Shown: one piece after another, positions 54,621-64,000 of the stretch | Layout: each line of letters opens with the position of its first letter | Position numbering within the stretch: position 1 is the stretch's first letter | NCBI RefSeq assembly: GCF_000181795.1 | Contig: NW_003526943.1 | Coordinates: forward strand, 11,336,007-11,400,006 | Reading direction: 5' to 3' | From: Trichinella spiralis | Taxonomy: Eukaryota | Length of the DNA stretch: 64,000 nt | Program-made: the position numbers and the translations under genes | Notes under the pieces: model-generated | The model's database searches: none | Told to the model about the DNA's origin: nothing | Seen by the model: the letters and a program-made list of their open reading frames with translations, nothing else

Positions 54621-55079
54621 TTGAATTGTAATTGGTCGAATGTATATTGCTGTATTAAATAAAAGTTAAAGAACATTTTACAGAAAAATGAAATGAGAAA
54701 ATATTTATGATAAAATGTTAAATATAAAACAGTTAATTTTAAATTTTATTTAAATAAAATTTATTTTATTAAATTATAAATAAAATAGGATCGTTTAGCA
54801 GTATATACTGCTTTTACATGAAAGTAAACATTAACAATATGAAAATTTGAAATTCGTTGCAGTTTCCTACGTAATTTTAAACGTTGAATTTGAACTGCGT
54901 TCACTTGAACTGTTTTATAAATTACGAATGAAATATTAGTTGAGCATTATGCTTGTATTGTATTTCAATATTTAGTCATCTAAATTATATTTTTTAGCCA
55001 GTTTTTATTTTTTAACGCATTACATACACTTTCAACACAAACATAATACTTTATTTGAACTTGGATAGTAACTTGTTGA

Positions 55080-56508
55080 TCAATCTTTAAAATATGGCGA
55101 TGTCATTGCAAGAGAAGCAAAGTAACGATGAACTCCATTCCAAGCTATGTGGGTACAATATTCCTTTACTGACATGCACTTTGCAAGTTTCGGAAACGCA
55201 TTGTCTGTTCTCAAGAACACCGGTCTCCCATGTGTTAAATTTGCAACTATAGGATTGAGAAATTTAAACTTCTGAAACTCACAATCATCATGCCATGTGT
55301 GGACGTGCAAATGATTGAAAATGCTGCTCTCTCGACATGATTCGACGTCGAGCAAATCTCTCTGAATGAAATGAGTAGTAAAGTTTTTAATTAGATGATT
55401 CAGAGCAAGTTCTTGAGCATACATCGATGAAACAGGCTTCCACCATTCAGGCCATTGTCCAAATGCAGAATTTTTAAAAAATGGTCGCAATTCTGGATAT
55501 TTTTTTGCATCAAATTCATTGTCATAAATTATCATTGCTAAATGCGCACTCAGATTGGCTAATTTAATAATTACATCACTTTTTCCAAACCAAGTCGAGC
55601 CTGGACAATGAACTTTTTGGTGGTTAAGTTGAAGCCGCTTTGCTACTGCATGAAGACGGTGCGTCGTATATTTGGTACAATATCCTCCATGCCCTGTTAT
55701 TATAGGTGTTTTATTGTCTAACTTAAAAAGTAACAATGCAGGACTTAAGAAACTGTCTATATCGGTTCTGATAAAGTAATCATACTGTTTTGCAAGATCA
55801 TTAACTTCAGGAGCGTTTAAAAATACATAAGAATTTACACTGCTGTATCTATGCTTAAACTCTTCTGTGGGAATAATATAACAGGTAGGCAAATTTCTAC
55901 GGGTTTGATCAGCAGTTTTCATTTTTCCGTTTTGCAAAACAATACAGTCCGGCGGCATAAATGAGCAAGACGATTTCATGCAAAATACCAACAAATCTAT
56001 CACATTCAGGGACGCTGAATTTATAGTCTGCTGATTTACAACTTCAAATTTATGTTCATTTACATACTTCCAGGATGCATAAATGAACGTAATAAACTGA
56101 ACAACATAAAAATTATCTTCCCTAGAAGGCAATGAAATAAGCACCCCTATTTGTAATCCATTGTGATTGAATTTCAACTTTTGAGCCTGAAAGAAAACCA
56201 AGCACAAAATATGAATGTAAAGCATCCTTTAGAAAATCTCAATCATAAATGTTTACAACGAAAGCATTTTCATAATTAATTATACTTACCTTTTCAATTA
56301 AGTTTACCGCTTGTTTAACATTTTGCTTGCATTGAATTTTGTCAAACTTATAAAAAACATTCTTCTGATAAAGCAGGTAGTTGCTTAAGGAATAAAACTG
56401 ATTTTTTTCCTTATATATAAAATGATTCCATCCTAAGAATAACAAAAATATTCCCATGATAATTATCACCATAGCATTCAGGGAGCATTTTTTGATCAGG
56501 GAGTTCAT
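55080..56508 (-). CDS. Type II membrane protein with DxD motif, putative GT-A-fold glycosyltransferase, 2 exons, ~441 aa
   Basis: Exons 56508-56290 and 56186-55080 (phase 0). Short cytosolic tail with KK, one TM (AMVIIIMGIFLLFLGW), a stem, then YDYFIRTDIDSFLSP, GHGGY, GSTWFG, WPEWW...SMYAQELALNH and HVHTWH. Confidence 0.75.
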
Positions 56509-57715
56509 GCCACTAAATACTGAAATCAAAACAAAAATTGAGATGAAAAATAAACATTGTATTATTTTTCATTTTATAGAAAACTAATAGCTGATAGATT
56601 TTATGAAAATTCATTCAACTATTAAATGTCAACAAGCCTTGTTATGAGGAACAAACATTTTAAAATTATATAACTTACAGATATTTGTTTTTGTCATCTG
56701 ATAGCTAAAGCTAGCTAGAACTGGGAAAATAAATATTATTTTCTTTTAAAGTTCCGTTTATTTAATAAAAATGCAGTTTAATTGAACCGAGAATTGAAAA
56801 GTTAGTTTACCATGAGTAGCAATGCTCATAATTCGTGTCAAACATTATACAACTATGCAAATTTATTAATTAAAATAATCATTAACATGAATGTTAATCA
56901 AATTATAATAAAAGAGCAGAACTTTTGTAGATACATTTTTCAATTTGTCAGTTTCAGCTTATTTGAAACATTAGTCAAGATAATAAATAATATACAAATA
57001 TACTGGTTGATAATATGTTAATAACTACATTTATATAAATAACATTTCTTTTACTAAATCGTTATTTATTTTTAGGTTATACACACATTAATATACCAAA
57101 TTTTCCAAATTTATTTATAATCATCGATAATGTTTTGTATTGAATGTTTGAAAATATTCAACAAATTTAATATAATCTTACATCTTATATTTAAACTTAT
57201 TTTATAAAAAAATCATTATTTGATTATCGCCTTCATAGACAATTGCTTTCACATTCAATTTACTTCATTTTATAGTTGAACAACTGCCCATCATAATTAC
57301 TATTATTATTAGCTTTTACTTACATAAGCAATGATTCAAATAATGCAATGTATTTAGTTAAAAATGGCATTATGTAATGAATTTGGTCGATGTGTAAGTC
57401 CTCGAAACGTTTTTGTGAGAAAGTTAACAAATACAAATGTAAGCAAAATAACAGAAAAAAACTTTATTAACAGCTGACTGAGTGAATTTTCAGAAAAAGC
57501 ATTTGCAAATTACTGCATCTTATCATTAGGAAATAAAAAACTGAGTATAATAAGCATGTGATTAATTTTTCCTCTACAGCCAGCCAGTTTGTTAATTGTT
57601 AGCCTACTGAAATTCTAGGTGGTTTCAGAACCACACAATGACTTATAAACAAAATAAAAGCAAACGACAGTTTAAAAATATGACTAAGCATTGATTGATT
57701 CAATTAGTGTATTAA

Positions 57716-60700
57716 TTATTCTTCTTCCTCTTCTTCATATGCATTTGCGTAATTCTAAACAGTTCCAAAGTCACAATTATCAAAATCAAATAAATAATTT
57801 CAATTTACCACGGATCCATTTTCATAAACGTCAGGCATCTGTACCGGTATCGGTTCCATAGGAGGTCTAGCACCTTCAACTTTTACTTGTTCAATGTATT
57901 TTGGAGGCTCCAGATTGCGACGAAGATTTTCCAACTCTTCATTCTCTTTCCTGCCCCACTTGAGAGGTGGTCTAGCGCTGCCATGAAAAATTGGTTGCTG
58001 CTTCTTTTTTAAGGGCTGGAATTTTAAAATGTTAACAGATTTTTTACTTCAAGTAAAAAAGCATATATTATTAAGATTTCCTAAAATTCTTTGTACTGTT
58101 TTATTTTGAAAATATTATTATTCCATCGGAGGTCATTGTCAAATGATTTCTTAATTTTCATAAATGGCATAATTGTTGTTAATTTTAGTTTTAAAATGCT
58201 ATTTTATGTTTTTGCATTTCATTATTTATGGTCATCAGTTTTATCGCTTTCTTCCACTTCTTCATCCTCTTCTTCTTCATCTTCATCCTCCTCCTCCCCC
58301 TCCTTTTCTTCTTCTTCTTCTTCTTCTTCATCCTCCTCTCCCTCCTCATCTTCATCATCATTTTCGTCTTTTTCATCTTCTTCACTTTCAGAATCAGACT
58401 TTGATTTTTCGACAAGTTTAGTTTCATTTTTCACAGAGTCGTTACTTTCTGATACGTCAGAAGTATCTTCATCATTATCATGCTCGTTCTCTTCTTTTGG
58501 GACAGAATTTTCCAAAACACCATTGGAAAGTATCTATATACATTTACATGAAACAGCTATAATAAGTAAGTGAATTACAGTATGCTGTGATGACACCTCT
58601 TTAGAAGGCTGTACGGTAAACGTAAAGTCCACATCGCTGTTGTCAGTATTATTTGTTTTTACGTCTTGGTGAATTTTCTCCAAAATCAACAGACTGACTG
58701 GCGTATTTGGGAAATGTGGCAGCGCGTTGGGCTTTAAAAATGAATGCGCTAAATCTCTGCATCTCATATAGCGCAAAAACTGAATGAAGCAAGCCTTCAC
58801 CATTTCTAAGTTCTTCAAGGTAAACGAGCAGCATGCATTCATTCATTCATTCATTCATTACTGTAGGATAATTCTATTGAATTACAAATAATGGACGAGT
58901 GAGGAAAATGTTATCCAACACCGGGAAATATTTTTCTCCTAACTGGGACCCGTTTTAGAACACTTACAACTTCAAATATTAATTTTCGTTCATGAAAAGA
59001 CCTCCGATCAATTTGACGATCATATTTGCTTGTAACAGGAACTTTAGGCTAGAAAAAGAAAAAAAATAAATCATCTTACGTTTTCAAACAAATGACGACG
59101 ATCAGAATAAGATCTTCGATCAATTTGTCTATCATATTTGCTCGCTATTGGTACTTTAGGCTATAACACAAAACAGCAATTATCTTATGATCACAAGAGA
59201 GAAAAGTATCAACTTTGAATATAGCAGACAAACTGAATTGAAGATAGAACTAAAAGCTGAATGAACGAATAAAAAGAAAAGCATGTGCATTCATAGAATA
59301 AAATTTGCATTTTGCACAATGAAAAATACCGGGTGCCTAGAGTTGGCAGCTTCTTCCGGATCAAGACCTTTCTTGAGTGCTTTGTTGCGGGAAATTTGAC
59401 GTTGACGTTCATTTAATTCTTTCAACTAAAGTTCAGTAAATTAATTTTTTGAAACAATTTCACAGAAATTCTTCACTAACAAACAGCATTTTTGTACGTA
59501 CATCATAATCTTGACGCTCTCCCCGCTTTTCCAGGTCGTATTTGTCAGCTTCCAAACGACATATGCGCTGGTGAAATTCTTTAATTTTCGAACGCAAACC
59601 CTGGAATTAAAAATCAAATTAACAAATGAATTAAATGTTTCTCTGCTTTGATTAAATTACCTGAATGTCCAAGCCTTGTGTGGAAAGCGGCTTGACAAGT
59701 TCTGCCAAAAATTTGCGCTTTTGTTCTTCCTGTTGTTCTTTGGTGAGTCCCATTTCAGCTTTAGCTTTGACAATATTTCCGAATTTGTCAAATTTTTCCG
59801 TGTTCTTATCTTTTTTGGCAATTTGAAAATTCGGTCCAGTGGAAGCATTCAAGCCTGCCATCATTTGCTGGCGTTTTTTCTTCTCTTCCTCTTTTCGTCT
59901 TTTGTCATCCTCAGCTCGTCGCTTACGATCCTCTTCCTCTTGTTTGCGACGTTCTTCCTCTTCACGTCGGCGTTCGGCGAGGATGCGTTCCTCTTCCTCA
60001 CGTTCACGACGTCGTCGCTCCTGAATAAAATAATATGAATCTTCACTACAATACAGCAGAATATCGAATATAGAATTTATGATATTGCCTGCTTTTCTTT
60101 CAACTGTTTCAACTCTTCTTCTTCACGTTCACGCTGTATACGTCGTTGTTCCTCATATTCACGTAATTTTGAAGCCTCCTCTTCCTCGTGCTTCTTTTTT
60201 GCTGCCTAAACACGTTAAAAATGTTTTTTTCTTGTTTTCTTAAATACATCTAATTATAAAGCTTACTAGCATTGCTTTTTCAGCTTCGTTCAGTACTTTT
60301 ACGTCTGATTCGTCGTCAATGGAATATTTGGGTTTGGGTCTGTAAAATGTACGCTACGATCATCATCCGACATGCAAAATGTACCTGTCTAAGCATCGAG
60401 CAAAACCAAAAGTGAAACAGAAAAAACATATATATATATATATATATATATGTATAAGAAAATAAAAAGCTACTCGAACATAATAATGCACTGTGCAATT
60501 TAAAAGAAACAACAACACGGTGATACATATACATAGCAGTACAAGCTCAAATGCGAAGCAGTGCATTAAGCGCACGCATGCGTTACTTCTTTTTCTCTCT
60601 ATAAATTATCAGCTAGTTATCAGAACCAGCAAGATGGAGAATAATAAAATATAGTCAAAGGAAGAAAAAAGTAGAATAATGGGAAAAGAAAAAAAAGACC

Positions 60701-61945
60701 AGAAGTAAGAAAGAAGGAAAACGTGACTAAGTCACGACTAAATGATAGTGAAAAGAAAACCTAGATGCGTGTTATCACGCAAAAACGTTCGAAGTCCAAT
60801 CACTTCACTGCAGCTTACCGTGGTTTTTCTTCTTCTCTAAATAAAATAAATCTTATAAATTACCAGTTCCATTTGCATACCTATCTAGTGAGATATCTAA
60901 AATAAATCACGGGAGTGTTCCATCACCTCTGTTCACATTCCCAATAACCTTAATTTTGTTGTATTGGAAAAAAATACATTGATTCAGCTGCACTCAATGC
61001 CTCTGATGATTTTTTGACTACAAATATTCAAAAACATTCAAATAATAAATACAATTTACGGTGATTTGCACTGTATAAATTGATTTGAAGAGAAAATTAT
61101 GAAGATAATTAGAAATAAGTATTGCAAATGATAATCTCAAAAAAACAATAATAAAACTGAAAATAACTGCAAGCTTTTCATAATTTCAGTAATTAATCAT
61201 CAAAATTAATTCAGGATTATTAAAATTATAGCAAACACGTCTTGACCTTAACTCTGAGTCAGCATAGAGTAAACTTTCCTAAAGGTTTTGAGAAATTTTT
61301 TGAAAAAATTGTTTTTCAACAATTTTAACATTTCTTTGGACAATTCCTCAGATTCAAAACAGATAATACATTGATAATCAGAAAAAATTCCATTAATTAG
61401 TTTATTCATTAATTTGTGCTTTGTAATAACGATACTATACAGTGTAAATGAATCCATTCACAATCTGAAATGAAATTTAAAATGTAAAGTAAAATATACA
61501 CTTACGACTCATGTTCCACCTCCGCATCATCTTCCTCTGCATTATCCTCCTCGCTACAAATTGCTCACTGGTTAGTGACAAAGCGAAGCAAAGCGATTAA
61601 ACAACAGCGGCAACTTTTTGCACACCATTTAACAACATCTTGCATAACACTCATAAAAATCCACAAAGCCAATAATATTTAGTAAATAAATTAAAAAATC
61701 TTTTCGTTTAATAATCAATTCTTATAATCTCAGCCATAAAAATTCAAAGTTTTTATAAAAAAGCATTAATAAAAAGACAATGTAAATATATCACATTAGT
61801 TGAGTTGATCAATTTTACAAAATTCTCTTTAAGCATGCATTGAACAAAAATAATTAGCAAATATAATATAAACACTTGTTTTTGTATCACTTATACGCAC
61901 CTGCCAGATTCTTCGGCAACTTCAGGTTCTTCTTCCTCTTCTCCT
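57716..61945 (-). CDS. Troponin T, alternatively spliced; first exon not identified
   Basis: Exons 61945-61901, 61553-61506, 60836-60819, 60339-60267, 60205-60089, 60020-59661, 59600-59502, 59425-59330; alternative 59160-59080 or 59048-58968; tail 1 58731-58579 + 58533-58222; tail 2 58015-57809 + 57754-57716. Motifs [67 protein letters not shown] and [11 protein letters not shown] match nematode TnT (MUP-2/TNT family). Confidence 0.94.
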
Positions 61946-64000
61946 CTGAAACAACCGACAATTATATATAAAATAAAAAATAATAAGTTTTTGGCTAAAT
62001 AAAAATTTGTTTCAAAACTATAAGCGCATGCAAAAGGCAACAACACGTTCAACGCGCGTTGCTAGTATTTTAATGCAGCTAATCTTTGAATAGCATCAAC
62101 TTTTAAAAATGTCAAATCTTTGTTGAAAAATCAAAGCATAAGCTGTTTCATTGTTATTTAATATTGCCGTGAAAGAAGAAATATTGCAATGACGGCAACA
62201 GTTTTGCGCCAATTGTCATGAAAGCAGTATTTTTATTTGCTGCAAAAACACGGAAGTTGTGTTTATTTTTCATACCGCTCAAAAGTTTACAAGGTTGTGC
62301 TTTGTGAAAGTGGTGAGCAAATGTTCAGCAAATATCAAAAATATGTTGAATGAATATTTAAAATAATCATGCGCATGAAAAATGAAGGAAATAAATGTCT
62401 CATTGTATAACTATCAGATGTCATTAAAACACATTTGGAATTTCTTCTCTGAACTAAAAATATACGCGAAGCTGTTGTTCTGCTTAAAATATTTATCTCA
62501 ATACTACTATTATGCAATGAAATGAAACTTAAAGAGCAGAAATGTTCAATTTCGTATGATGAAAACAGAATGCAAACACCATATACTATGCTTCGTGAAT
62601 TTTAAAGCAGAAATCTAATATAATGAAAAAGGAAAATCAACTATAATTTAATGTTGTGAATGAAATGAAATTAATATTTTATTTACACTTTGAAAGCATT
62701 CAAGTACCAAAATAGTGTAGCTATATATTCAGCATAAACTAAATAACCATACATAAATTTTTTATTTACTTTCCAGAGATAAATTGCTTTTAATTTAAAT
62801 AAACTGTTGCACCGTAATAAGCATAATTATACAATTGAGCAAACTTGTCATTTCATTCATTCTATTGTTTGGTCAATTATTAATAATGCAATGCAACTTC
62901 GATGAAATTTCTTAAAACAATTAATTATTCAGCTAATCATTTAAGTAGCTAACTGCAAATCATAATTTAGCTTTATATCACAAACATATAGTACCTCATA
63001 GCTGAATTTACAATGCAATTGTGAACGAAATTATCCAGTTAGTCAAAGTGTAATTATTGCAAAAAATATTTCAAGTTAAGCTGTTTAAAAAAGAGTACAA
63101 CGAGACGAGCAAATTGTATTTTACTTTGTTATGCTTCTCATTATTTAGAATAAAGAGAAATTTGTTTTAAAAACGTTTAGCTGAAAAGTATTGAAAGCGC
63201 AAGTTATGTATCTATGATTAATTATCTAGCTATTAAAAAATTTTTTGTTTCTCTTTTAAAACTTTTGTACAAAAAATAATTTAAATTTCAAAATATTCGT
63301 TTTAGTGTTATGCAATTTTATTAGTAAACGTTAATTAGTATAAAGTGACAGGTTTTCTTTTCATAACTTTATCTATTCTTCTATAATTGTATGCAAATTT
63401 GAATTTAGATTGTTAAATATTGTTATAGTGTTTTATACAGTTACAGATTAATAGTTCACTTCGTACCAGATGTTACTTTTTAGCTGTTGTTTTTAAAAAA
63501 GCTAATTTATTTTTTAGTAATATAATTGTATAGCTGATCGAGCAGATGCGCCGGGTTAGTTAGGCAAAAAGAACGAAAAATGGGAACATCCTTGCAGCAC
63601 AACTGTCACTGACGACGATCTGGCTGAGTGTTCTCTGCTTGGCCGGAAGTCAAATTGTGCTGACCGTTTGTTGTATAATAAAAATTTTGAAGATGATAGA
63701 AAAAAACAAATAGAAAAGCAGATAGATAATAAAAGAGAGAGAGAGAACTTCTTCAGTGACCAGCTGTACTGAGAATGTTCCCAGTTTTCCGACCATAAAG
63801 ACAAAACGGAAATGGACGGGCTTGGACTCGAGACTTCATCCTGCTTCGTGAAATTGCCAAATAAATGCGTAAAATACTGTAATATGGATGGGATGGTATT
63901 TATTTCTATTTTTTTTACTTTTTTTTGTTTTAGAAGACGACCAGTCAGCAATGGAGAACATTCAGTCAGCTCGCCGAGTTCCAGTTGCCTGACCGGTATA

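Noticed and set aside
58091..58573. Poly-Ser + strand ORF and Lys/Arg-rich - strand ORF
   Set aside because: Antisense and alternate frames of the acidic troponin T tail exon.
63534..64000. GC-richer segment with a 131-aa - strand ORF open to the window edge
   Set aside because: No recognisable domain and no convincing splice link to troponin T; the + strand frame has an internal stop. Unresolved without flanking sequence.

Overview
AT-rich eukaryotic genomic DNA with short GT-AG introns and microsatellite-rich intergenic regions. It is most consistent with a nematode, probably clade I/Trichinella-like (inferred from gene content and style, not from a database match). Left to right: TOP3B (-); a compact ALMS-motif protein (+); a Ski/Sno-family corepressor with apparently two Dachshund-homology domains and a divergent SAND-like domain (-); intronless G-beta-5 (-); a collagen+olfactomedin colmedin (-); a 7TM receptor (-); a degenerate MITE; an intronless PNPO-fold gene lacking most substrate-binding residues (+); intronless RagA (-); a young but defective CsRn1-type Ty3/gypsy element whose 5' LTR is fused to mid-gag; a 590-bp solo LTR; GCP4 (-); a decayed BEL/Pao element; a type II membrane DxD protein that looks like an uncharacterised glycosyltransferase (-); and a troponin T gene (-) with micro-exons, a GC-AG intron, two duplicated 81-nt mutually exclusive exons and two alternative C-terminal tails. 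All homology calls are by-eye motif recognition against remembered reference proteins. Exon boundaries were placed by hand from splice signals and reading-frame phase.
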